This document shows positions 51,902 through 64,000 of a stretch of DNA of 64,000 nucleotides, in pieces. Source of the stretch: Octopus sinensis (taxonomy: Eukaryota). The stretch's first letter is position 1, and every line of letters begins with the position of its first letter. The stretch covers positions 112,840,001 to 112,904,000 of the forward strand of contig NC_042997.1 of the NCBI RefSeq assembly GCF_006345805.1. Reading direction: 5' to 3'. The notes beneath the pieces were generated by a model. The model was not told the DNA's origin. It searched no databases and saw nothing but the letters and a program-made list of their open reading frames with translations. A program made the translations under genes and the position numbers.

Positions 51902-52200
51902 TAGAAAATCACCTTTTATCAATTCAAAATGAACAATAAAATTACACCATCTAGAAAATTACATATAATAGAAATATTAAAAATAAAATAACAATAATAT
52001 ACCGCTGATTAAGTAAATTGCAAAATAATAATAAAATCGTAATTTTCTAGGTGGCGTAATTTTATTGTTCATTTTGAATTGATAAAAGGTGGATTTTCTA
52101 ATTTTTATATATATTATATTTTGTGAAATTTGATTTAGTATTTCTAAATTGAATTTTTCCCTGTAAGTTAGGAATGATATTCCCTCAAATTAATATTATC
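51898..52200. repeat. AT-rich hairpin element (~65-bp arms at 51898-51962 and 52039-52104) plus tail; homolog at 16106-16320
   Basis: ttagaaaatc.accttttatcaattcaaaatgaacaataaaattac...ctagaaaattac is inverted. The same head and the tail (gtaagtt.ggaat.atattccctca) occur at 16106-16320. Confidence 0.7.
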
Positions 52201-52209
52201 ATCATCATA

Positions 52210-52887
52210 TATATATATATATAAATAGTATATATATGCATATATACATACGTATATGTACATACTTATATATGTATGTATGTATGTGTATATATAATAT
52301 TATATATATTATATATATATATGTATAAATAGTATTATATATATATATATGTATAAATAGTATATATATATATATATATATGTATAAATAGTATATATAT
52401 ATATATATATATGTATAAATAGTAATATATATTATATATATATATATATATATGTATAAATAGTATATATATATATATATGTATAAATAGTATATATATA
52501 TATATATATGTATAAATAGTATATATATATGTATGTATAAATAGTATATATATATGTATGTATAAATAGTATATATATATATATATGTATAAATAGTATA
52601 TATATGTATGTATAAATAGTATATTATGTATGTATAAATAGTATATTATGTATGATAAATAGTATATATATGTATGTATAAATAGTATATATATGTATGT
52701 ATAAATAGTATAAATAGTATATATATATATATATATGTATAAATAGTATATATATGCATATATATATACGTATATGTACATACTTATATATGTATGTATG
52801 TATGTATATATATATATATATATGTATAAATAGTATATATATGCATATATATATACGTATATGTACATACTTATATATGTATGTATG

Positions 52888-52921
<34 letters not shown>

Positions 52922-52971
52922 AAATAGTATATATATGCATATATATACGTATATGTACATACTTATATATG

Positions 52972-53002
<31 letters not shown>

Positions 53003-53327
53003 ATGTATAAATAGTATATATATGCATATATATATACGTATATGTACATACTATATATGTATGTATGTATGTATATGTATATATATATATATATGTATAA
53101 ATAGTATATATATGCATATGATGTATGTATGTATATGTATATATATTATATATATATATGTCTAAATAGTATATATATGCATATATATATACGTATATGT
53201 ACATACTTATATGTATGTATGTATATAGATATATATATATATATATATTATGTATAAATAGTATATAATGCATATATATATACGTATATGTACATATTAT
53301 ATATGTATGTATGTATGTATATATATA

Positions 53328-53360
<33 letters not shown>

Positions 53361-53952
53361 GTATATATATGCATATATACATACGTATATGTACATACTT
53401 ATATGTTTGTATGTATGTATGTATATATATATATAAATAGTATATATATGCAATATACATACGTATATGTACATACTTATATATGTTTGTATGTATGTAT
53501 GTATATGTATATGTATATATATATATAAATAGTATATATATGCATATATACATACGTATATGTACATACTTATGTATGTAGTATGTATGTATATATATAT
53601 CTATATATATATAAATAGTATATATATGCATATATACATACGTATATGTACATACTTATATATGTTTGTATGTATATATATATATATTATAAATAGTATA
53701 TATGCATATATACATACGTATATGTACTACTTATATATGTATGATGTATGTATGTATGTATGTATGATATATATATATATCTATATATATATATATATAT
53801 ATAAATAGTATATATATGCATATATACATACATATATGTACATACTTATATATGTTTGTATGTATGTGTATATATATAATATATATATAAATAAATAGTA
53901 TATATATGCATTATACATACGTATATGTACATACTTATATGTATGTAGTATG

Positions 53953-53995
<43 letters not shown>

Positions 53996-54635
53996 TATAT
54001 ATATTAAATAGTATATATATGCATATACATACATATATGTACATACTTATATATGTATGTATGTATGTATATATTATGCATATATACATACGTATATGTA
54101 CATACTTATATATGTATGTTGTATGTATGTATAATATATATATATATAAATAGTATATATGCATATATACATACATATATGTACATACTTATATATGTAT
54201 GTATGTATGTTATATATATATATATATATAATATATGTATAATAGTATATATGCATATATATACGTATATGTACATACTTATATATGTATATGTATGTAT
54301 GTATATATTATATATATGTATAAATAGTATATATATGCATATATATATACGTATATGTACATACTTATATATGTATGTATGTATGTATATGTATATATAT
54401 ATAATATATGTATAAATAGTATATATATGCATATGTATGTATGTATGTATATGTATATATATATATATATATATATGTATAAATAGTATATATATGCATA
54501 TATATATACGTATATGTACATACTTATATATGTAGTATGTATGTATATGTATATATATATATATATATATGTATAAATAGTATTATATATGCATATATAT
54601 ATACGTATATGTACATACTTATATATGTATGTATG

Positions 54636-54684
<49 letters not shown>

Positions 54685-55063
54685 TATATAATGCATATAT
54701 ACATACGTATATGTACATACTTATATGTTTGTATGTATGTTATGTATATATATTATATAAATAGTATATATATGCATATATACATACGTATATGTACATA
54801 CTTATATATGTTTGTATGTATGTATGTATATGTATGTATGTATATATATATATATAAATAGTATATATATGCATATATACATACGTATATGTACATACTT
54901 ATGTATGTAGTATGTATGTATTATATATATAATATTATATATAAATAGTATATATATGCATATATACATACGTATATGTACATACTTATATATGTTTGTA
55001 TGTATATATATATATATATAAATAGTATATATATGCATATATACATACGTATATGTACATACT

Positions 55064-55097
<34 letters not shown>

Positions 55098-55099
55098 TG

Positions 55100-55142
<43 letters not shown>

Positions 55143-55292
55143 TATATATATGCATATATACATACATATATGTACATACTTATATATGTTTGTATGTATG
55201 TGTATATAATATATATATATATAATATATAAATAGTATATATTATGCATATATACATATGTATATGTACATACTTATATGTTTGTATGTATG

Positions 55293-55351
<59 letters not shown>

Positions 55352-56263
55352 TATATGCATATATACATACATATATGTACATACTTATATGTATGTATTA
55401 TGTATGTATATATATGCATATATACATACGTATATGTACATACTTATATATGTTTGTATGTATGTATATATATATGTATATATATAAATAGTATATATAT
55501 GCATATATACATACATATATGTACATACTTATATATGTATGTATGTATGTATATATATATATGCATATATACATACGTATATGTATATATATATAAATAG
55601 TATATATATGCATATATACATACATATATGTACATACTTATATATGTATGTATGTATGTATATATATATATGCATATATACATACGTATATGTATATATA
55701 TATAAATAGTATATATATGCATATATACATACATATATGTACATACTTATATATGTATGTATGTATGTATATATATATATGCATATATACATACGTATAT
55801 GTATATATATATAAATAGTATATATATGCATATATACATACGTATATGTACATACTTATATATGTATGTATGTATGTATATATATATGCATATATACATA
55901 CGTATATATATAAATAGTATATATATGCATATATACATACGTATATGTACATACTTATATATGTATGTATGTATGTATATATATATGCATATATACATAC
56001 GTATATATATATATATATAAATAGTATATATATGCATATATACATACGTATATATATATATAAATAGTATATATATGCATATATACATACGTATAGGTAC
56101 ATACTTATATATGTATGTATGTATATATATATATATAAATAGTATATATATGCATATATACATACGTATAGGTACATACTTATATATGTATGTATGTATA
56201 TATATATATATAAATAGTATATATATGCATATATACATACGTATACGTACATACTTATATATG

Positions 56264-56302
<39 letters not shown>

Positions 56303-56922
56303 TATATATATGCATATATACATACATATATGTACATACTTATATATGTATGTATGTATATATATATAAATAGTATATATATGCATATATACATACGTAT
56401 ATGTACATACTTATATATGTATGTATGTATATATATATATATATATAAATAGTATATATATGCATATATACATATGTATATGTACATACTTATGTATGTA
56501 TGTATGTATATATATATATATAAATAGTATATATATGCATATATACATACGTATGTATGTATATATATATATAAATAGTATATATATGCATATATACATA
56601 CGTATGTATGTATATATATATATATAAATAGTATATATATATGCATATATACATACGTATATGTACATACTTATATATGTATGTATATATATATATATAA
56701 ATAAATAGTATATATATGCATATATACATACGTATATGTACATACTTATATATGTATGTATATATATATATATATATAAATAAATAGTATATATATGCAT
56801 ATATACATACGTATATGTACATACTTATATATGTATGTATATATATATATTATATATATAAATAGTATATAAATGCATATATACATACGTATATGTACAT
56901 ACTTATATATGTATATATATGT
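52210..56922. repeat. ~4.7-kb complex TA-rich satellite, unit about 70 bp (TATAAATAGTATATATATGCATATATACATACGTATATGTACATACTTATATATGTATGTATGTA(TA)n)
   Basis: A directly visible tandem array that explains all Y/I/M/H-rich ORFs in 52335-56822. Confidence 0.95.
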
Positions 56923-56924
56923 AT

Positions 56925-57693
56925 AGAAATTGGCTGCCGATTCTTCGCGGCGCGCCCACCCTGCCCACCCCCACCACCAATACCGGATATCTCTATTTTG
57001 CTCCAACTATACCGGATGTCGTTTCTCCCACCACCATTATAGGTGTCTACTCTTTGAACCCCCCTCTTCAATACGCTATTTCACCATGCATTACCCCTCT
57101 CTCGATATCCTACGTTCTACTTGCCTAGAACTGTCCTCTGAACCACCCCTCCCACTGGTGCTCCCCTATATTTTGCACCCCCCCCCCCACCATTATAGGT
57201 GTCTACTCTTTGAACCCCCCTCTTCAATACGCTATTCACCAGCATTACCCCTCTCTCGATATCCTACGTTCTACTTGCCTAGAACCTGTCCTCTGAACCA
57301 CCCCTCCCACTGGTGCTCACCCCTCCCACTGGTGCTCACCCCTCCCACTGGTGCTCACCCCTCCCACTGGTGCTCCCCTATATTTCTGCACCCCCCCCAC
57401 CACCATTATAGGTGTCTACTCTTTGAACCCCCCTCTTCAATACGCTATTTCACCATGCATTACCCCTCTCTCGATATCCTACGTTCTACTTGCCTAGAAT
57501 CTGTCCTCTGAACCACCCCTCCCACTGGTGCTCCCCTATATTCTGCACCCCCCCCACCACGAACCCCCCTCTTCAATACGCTATTTCACCATGCATTACC
57601 CCTCTCTCGATATCCTACGTTCTACTTGCCTAGTACCTGTCCTCTGAACCACCCCTCCCACTGGTGCTCCCCTATATTTCTGCACCCCCCCCC
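56925..57693. repeat. C-rich minisatellite: four ~156-bp units with an internal 19-bp subunit amplified four times in unit 2
   Basis: ccaccattataggtgtctac starts at 57031, 57187 and 57400 (spacings 156 and 213 = 156 + 3x19). The fourth unit is partly deleted. A CpG-rich leader lies at 56925-57030. Confidence 0.9.
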
Positions 57694-57940
57694 ATAAAAA
57701 GCACCATCCGAACGTGGCCGATGCCAGACCCCTCTGGCACCTGTGCAGGTGGCACGTAAAAAACACCCACTACACTCGCGGAGTGGTTGGCGTTAGGAAG
57801 GGCATCCAGCTGTAGAAACACTGCCAGACTAGACTGGAGCCTGGGGCAGTCCCGAGCTCCCCAGACCCCGGTCGAAACCGTCCAACCCGTGCTAGCGCGG
57901 AAAACGGACGTTAAACGATGATGATGATGATGATGATGAT
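57694..57940 (+). mobile_element. SINE/LINE-tail family 3 (ggttggcgttaggaagggcatccagctgtaga... ending in (GAT)n), young 5'-truncated copy
   Basis: CpGs are retained, unlike in other copies, and it ends in a (GAT)n tail. Other copies at approximately 4020-4310(-), 4745-5410(-, with an internal ~55-bp tandem repeat), 9795-9920(-), 11085-11295(+), 15425-15840(-), 16907-17045(-), 19880-20300(+), 23480-23915(+), 25310-25677(+), 29955-30260(+), 46920-47215(+) and 62800-63050(-). Confidence 0.8.
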
Positions 57941-58560
57941 ATAATATATATATATATATATGTATGCATATGTGGGCACAGGGCATCATGAAACATGTAC
58001 AACAAAAAAGTACGAAGCACAAGTACATGGAACATGAACTATTCTTTTCAAAAAACGAAAGACACAAATGAAAAACAAAACAAACAAAATAAAGAACGAC
58101 CCTTCATCAGTTGTTGGCTGTTTTTCTAGTCTTGTATTTCGAGCATTTGAAAACAATATACACTTTTGATAAAACAGTTGCTCCTGCAAAGCAAATTAAA
58201 TAAAATTTGGGATTTTGCAGAGGGTCAAAATAGGTAAAACAAATAGAGCAGTGAAAATACACAGGAAGGGCTGCTAAGCCTAAATGAGGTTGTGGTGGTG
58301 AATTTGTGAATCAAGCTAGGACAGGAGACAAACAAGAACACATCTTCCTTGTTCCAGCTACAAGGATTGAAGTGTAGGAAGAAAGTTAACTTCAAGCAGT
58401 CCATAGTAAACATAAAAAATAACTTTCTGGGACAATAGCGGTTTATTGAGATGGAAGGTTGTGGATTTTTTTTATATTGAAGTACGATAAGCTGGAAAGC
58501 GTTCTTTTTATATTTAACAGTAGGCGACCAGTGTTGCCATGTGTGCAAATAAGAATACTA

Positions 58561-58823
58561 GAGTTATGGAACGGTGTAAAGGTCCGAGCTACATATCTTG
58601 TAGCGAGCAGAACCTCAGAAGTGGTAAATATCCAAGCGAGGTGTATACCGCAGGCTACTTTTCAGGCCAAGGATATCTTGATTAAATGAAAGTTCCCATT
58701 GTCGCAAGGAGGATACATGTTAACACATGGAAGATTCACTAGCTTGGATGTTTACCACTTCTGAGGTTCCGCTTGTGATGAAACCTATGTAGTCTGGATC
58801 TTATCTACTTCATTCTGTAACTC
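58561..58823. mobile_element. MITE with ~80-bp imperfect TIRs
   Basis: 58561-58637 versus the reverse complement of 58742-58823; the inner 30 nt (gaacctcagaagtggtaaa.atccaagc) are near-identical. Confidence 0.65.
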
Positions 58824-58941
58824 TTGTTTGTGTAATATATATAATAAATTATATAATATATGTAATAAATTAATAATTAATAGTTTTATCAAGTAGTTCG
58901 ATACGTTAAAATCTTTTTAGGTAAAATTATACAAATATCCT

Positions 58942-59086
58942 ATAATTATAATCAGGGGTCAGCTAATTGCTTCACCACACACCGAATTTAGAAATAGGAG
59001 TTAAAATGCCTTTTCTGCTACCATAAAAATCTCCCAGTCGGCAACGTGCATAGTGAAGCAATTAGCTGACCCCTGATTATAATTAT
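58942..59086. mobile_element. 145-bp MITE-like element with a perfect 34-bp inverted repeat
   Basis: ataattataatcaggggtcagctaattgcttcac (58942-58975) is the exact reverse complement of 59053-59086. Confidence 0.8.
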
Positions 59087-59116
59087 GTTTATAATTATAG
59101 AACATTTATATATATA

Positions 59117-59159
<43 letters not shown>

Positions 59160-60362
59160 ATGTAATCATGAAAGTTACTTACAAGAGGGTATTTTTTTCC
59201 TTTTCTTTATATTTCAAATCTAGCTAATTCTTGCCAGTTACAACAATCTCTTTCTCAAGGACCCCAGACCGTTTTTCTCACTGATAAAAACTAGTCACAG
59301 CCAATTCTTTTCGTTGTTTCAGTCAATTAGACTGTGGCCATGCTGGGGTACTGCCACAAAAACATTTTACTCGAATTAATCAACCCTAGTTTTTTTTCTT
59401 TTTTTTAAGCCTTATTGTATTGGTCTTTTTTTGCTGAACTCCTAAGTTACTGGGACATAAATATACCAACAGCGGTTCTCAAGCAGTGCTGAGGGACAGA
59501 AACGTGTGTGTGCACGTGCACACCTGCACATACACATATTCATGGAGAGTTTCTTTTAGTTTACGTCTACCAAATCCATTCACAAGGCTTTGGTTGGCCT
59601 GGTGGAGCTACAGTAGAAGACTCTTGCCTAAGATTCCACACAGTGGGACTGAACCCAGAACTGTGTGTTTGGGAAGCAAGCATCTTCTTATATAGCCATG
59701 CCTGTGAAGACTTTTTAAATATGTTTCTACAACAGTGGTGAAAATGATTGATTTTTGTTGAGTGAATCTCAAATATTCACTCTGTATCAGTTTTACAAAA
59801 ATCTATTTACACACACATCAACATCATCATCATTTAAATATTAACTTTTTCATGTGCTTGCATGGGTTGGATGGAGTCGCCTGTTTCCATGCCGGGTAAT
59901 AGTTTCTCCATGGCCAGACAGGTTTTTTGACAGAATATTGGAAAGGAATGACACTGCTTGTATGACAGTGACACTCATTTACAATTATCACACAGTCTGT
60001 ATGGGGGGGGGACACCTCACCACACACACCACGCACCACACATGTATACGCACTCATGGACGTATGCACATACATGAACTATCACAATGTCTATATGAGG
60101 ATACACCACATACTACATACATACACATGCATACACACACGCATATGCACACATACACACACACGCATACTCACATGCATATGCATGCATGCACACTTAC
60201 ACGTATACACATACGCACATACAGACACACACAAGAAGATACTTGCCTAAGGTGCCAAGCAGTAATGCAGGTTAATAATGACTGTCTTTTTTTTTCTTTT
60301 TCACTCAATTCGTTATTTTCCAATTTGAAACGAAGGCAGTGTTTCAGCTGAAACATGGTAAC

Positions 60363-60501
60363 AAAAGAGTTAACATTATTTACATTTGACAGATATTTGT
60401 CCTCGTCTTGTTTGTTGTTACAAATATCCATCAAATGTAAATAATGTGAATAATGTACATAATTCCTCATCTCTTGAATACAGAACTGAAAAAGAGTTAA
60501 C
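60363..60501. mobile_element. Fourth locus: tails only, inverted, with 12-bp TSD
   Basis: A minus tail is joined to a plus tail ending cagaactg. AAAAGAGTTAAC is repeated at 60363-60374 and 60490-60501. Confidence 0.65.
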
Positions 60502-61142
60502 CAGTTAATTTGCCTCCATTCCAATTAAATCTGGAAATGATAGTTTCCTTCTCAAGCCATGCTGGGCTCACAAGGGCCAGTTTCATCATCATCAAGTGTT
60601 TTAAATCCGAGTTTTGTCCCCGTTAATGGGGGTGACTGGATCTACCTCAATGCCATAGCAACCAAGGTAGGCAGGTGCAGCCCACCCCAACCTTTGGGCT
60701 GGCTGGCTGGTGCCCATTCTCCTTTGCTATCTTGAGGCTTTTTTGGAGCTAGATTTTCTATGGGGAGCATGCCCTTGCTTACCCCAACCTCAGGTTCTAG
60801 ACATGAGTGGTTCCAAGACCAAGGCCTCTACCACAATTTTTAAGAAATGTGGTGGAAAACTAGCTCAAGAAGGCAGGAACGCTACTCCCTGAGATCCCTT
60901 TTTGGTGCCCCCTACCTTCAGTGATGTATATATTCCCCGCCTTGATGGGATACCAGTCCGTTGCAGGATTACGCATTTTCGCCAGCTGAGTGGACTGGAA
61001 CAACGTGAAATGAATTGTTTTGCTCAAGAACACATGTTACCTGATCTTACAATCATGCCCAAACCATTAAGCCATCCACCTCCACTTTCATACCAACTTT
61101 GACATTACTAAGCTGATATTTGGAACAAAAACATGAAATTAT

Positions 61143-61552
61143 AAAATTACTATTTGTAAATCTCACAAGGAGAGATATTCAGCAACAGTACTTTGGAGAC
61201 ATCGTTTCCAGCTGCCTATATGACACAATCTGTGTCCTTATATTTTTAAACAAGGGAATCTAGCTCCCCCACTCAGCTCAAAACAGTATCTGTATATCAT
61301 GATTTCCAGGTTATTTCCCTTCATTAGCACAGAATGATTGTTCGACTTGAGGTGGTGCTGCCAAATTCCCATTCAAAATATTCCCATTCAGTGACAACTA
61401 GTCACTGATCTATAAATTAGAAAATTACTATTTGTAAATCTCACAAGGAGAGATATTCAGCAACAGTACTTTGGAATCTAGCACCCCCACACAGCTCAGA
61501 ACAATATGTGTGTATCGTGATTTCTGGGTTATTTCCCTTCATCAGCTCAGAA
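61143..61552. repeat. Local direct duplication (61143-61335 vs 61431-61552); copy 1 carries an extra ~60 bp
   Basis: aaaattactatttgtaaatctcacaaggagagatattcagcaacagtactttgga is identical in both copies; the downstream parts are diverged. Confidence 0.8.
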
Positions 61553-64000
61553 TAATGTCTCCTGGGTGGCCTTGCTTTTTTGAGCCCAAAAATTAACTAA
61601 CTAACTTTCGTCCTAAACCAGGACTGCCATGTTATGTTGGCAAATAATCTTTACTACAAACATGAAATGTTGATAGTTTTTTATTAAGATCACATTAAAA
61701 CTGGAAGTTAGTGTTACAGAGCCGGAGTCAGTTTCAGGTGGTTTGCTATGAAACAGCTTAATACATCCTGTTTGATTACACAAACAGGTGGTGTTGTATT
61801 CTTTTTAAAAAAAATGTTTTCTATTTTTCCACACAATAGTCCTATAGTTTCTAGATATCTTCCCTCCCCTCTGTCTCCTATCAGCCTATCTCTCTTGCTC
61901 CCTCTAGGTCTCTCTTTCTTTCTCCTCATACCTCCTTCTGGGTCTGTCTATCTCTTTCTCTCTCCCCTTTCCTTTCTTAAATTGTTTATTACAAAAGTTC
62001 TCATCAGCTTTTGTAATCTCTGTACTACTATTCCACCAATCCCAACATTAGAAATAAAGAGGACCCCCCCCCCCATAATGATTTAAGATAAAGCACTCAA
62101 TCTCACCGCTACACCCACCCTGTTCAGTGTTAAAGGGCTTTCACACCCATTTCCATTCCCCCATAAACATTTCTGAAGTTATTTATTTATTTTTTTTTTT
62201 TTCAAAGTACAAGGGTCAAAATCTGACATGCACATAAAACTGGTGAGAGCTGAGGTCACCTTTCAGCTACATAGAGTTGTTTTTAAAATCTTTATCCCCT
62301 ACTCATTAGATTGCATCATGGGATCCCTTCAGAAACCTTATCTAATTCTAAATATGTTAATATTATACTTACAACTGCTCGAACATGCAGTATCTAATGG
62401 CTTGTCATTGTTTTAACATCCACTTCTCCATGCTTGCATGGGTTGGGCAGAATTTGTTGAGACACATTTTCTATGACTGGATGCTCTTCCTGTTGCCAAC
62501 CTGACCTGTTTGCAAGTAATGTAATATTTCCTCATGGCTAGACATGTTCTTAAAGAATATTGGAAAAGAATTTATATTCTCATTCCTGTACCCTGAGAGT
62601 ATACCCAGGCACATTGCCACCATCTCACTCACTCTTGTTCTCTTCCACTCTTGATTTCTCTCTCTTTCTCTCTCTGACTAGATAATCATGTATTTCCTCT
62701 ACAGCAAGGCACCTGCTTCTGTCCCTTTATCACACTCTGATCTCTCATCACCTAGCACAAAGCCACCACTGCCATCACTCCCCCTCTCAAAGAATCTTTA
62801 TCGTGCAAGGTTTCTATGGCTGGCTGCCCTTCCTAATGCCAAACACTCCAAGAGTGTAGTGAGTGTTTTCTACGTGCCACCGGCACAGGTGCTGATGACC
62901 CAACACCAGCATCGGCCACAACTATGGTCTCACTTTGTTTGGCAGGTCTACACAAGTACAGTATACGACCAAGAGTCTCTGTCACCTGTCACTGCCTCCA
63001 TGAGGCCCAAGGCTCAAACGGTGCTTTTTTGCATGCCACTGGTTCAAAATTAATAGAAACAAAGGCATTGAATTTCACTAGAAATATGGTAACAATGCAT
63101 TGTTATAAATCAGACGAGGCTGTATTTTAATACAAATACGAGAGTTCTGCAATGGCTGCTTGTTATGCTAGATCCAAGACAGCTAAAAATAAATTTCAAA
63201 TTGACCTGGAAATCTTATTTTATTCATATAGCTTTTGGTCTGCAACCATGTTGGGGCATTACTTTAAAGGGTTTTTTTTTTAGTTGTGGAAACTGACCCT
63301 AGACTTTTTTTTTTTAAGTTTGGTACTTGTTCCATCAGTGTCTTCTCTGCCAAATTCCTCAGTTCCTTCTTCTTGGCTATTCTGTTCTTGAGTAATGAGT
63401 GTGGGTGTGTTTATGTCCTTGTAACAGCAGTTTGGCAAAAGAGACTAATAGAATCTTAAAGAAAAAAAAATAATGATAATAATAAAAGTACCAGAGTCAA
63501 TTCATTTTGAGTGAAATTCCCTAACATGGTACTGCAGCATGGCCATAGTCTTATGACTGAAACGAAAGATAAAACACAATGTAAAATCAATTTTTTTTAT
63601 TTTGTATGAAATTTCTTTGATGGTTGACTCGGCTAGAGCACACCATTTTTAAATGTGTGTAGTGGTTTACAGCCATTACTTCATTCAATCAATTTTAAAT
63701 GTATATCGCATTAATTTCTCTATGACACCTTATTTTCACTGTTTCCTTTATTTGATTTGTGAGTTTTGATTAATTCCCACACCCCACCCTTCACTTTGTA
63801 GTGATTGACAATTATCTGATTAAACGAGAGTTAATTAGTTACTGCTTATCCACCATCATCCATCCAAATACTTTAAATAACTACTCCTGAGGGTCGAAAA
63901 GATCTTTTCTCACAACCTCCCTGATTGCCTTAAGTAATATCAATGTAAATTATGCCAAGCCCATAGCTTAATTGACAGCATGTTCTCTATCGTGTATTCA

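Noticed and set aside
52335-56822. Many long Y/I/M/H-rich ORFs (up to 299 aa), also at 16136-17401
   Set aside because: They are translations of TA-rich satellites with no coding complexity.
56930-57511. 193-aa ORF
   Set aside because: It lies entirely in a C-rich tandem repeat that is poor in stop codons on this strand, and the unit length changes frame between copies.
58080-58125. CTGATGA-AGGG on the minus strand in a PLE-like repeat
   Set aside because: No stem II closure or GAAA follows, so it cannot be folded as a hammerhead.

Overview
AT-rich, repeat-dense eukaryotic DNA, most likely an octopus or other coleoid cephalopod. That assignment is inferred from recalled SINE-family similarity, not from a database search. 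No prokaryotic genes, rRNA, intact tRNA or CRISPR array were seen, and almost all entries in the ORF track are read-throughs of microsatellites or SINEs. The clearest gene feature is coding exon 1 of Rab GDP-dissociation inhibitor (36189-36233, +; MDESYDVIVLGTGLK then GTAAGA). Its exon 2 was not found, so the right 27.7 kb is probably intron 1. A probable first coding exon of an unidentified gene (34055-33938, -) faces the opposite way across a CpG-retaining interval of about 2.1 kb, and its further exons to the left are only tentative. The rest is SINEs of at least four families, MITEs (piggyBac-, hAT- and Tc1/mariner-like), RTE, CR1, hAT and mariner remnants, and large TA-rich satellites. 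The most notable observations are: (1) a TSD-flanked, inside-out palindromic retro-element whose four core-bearing arms give a consensus minimal type I hammerhead ribozyme, with a tRNA-like Pol III head at one locus; (2) several scrambled local duplications, one circularly permuted as expected from re-integration of a small DNA circle; (3) a hairpin element found twice directly next to long TA satellites. Repeat boundaries were read by eye and are approximate.
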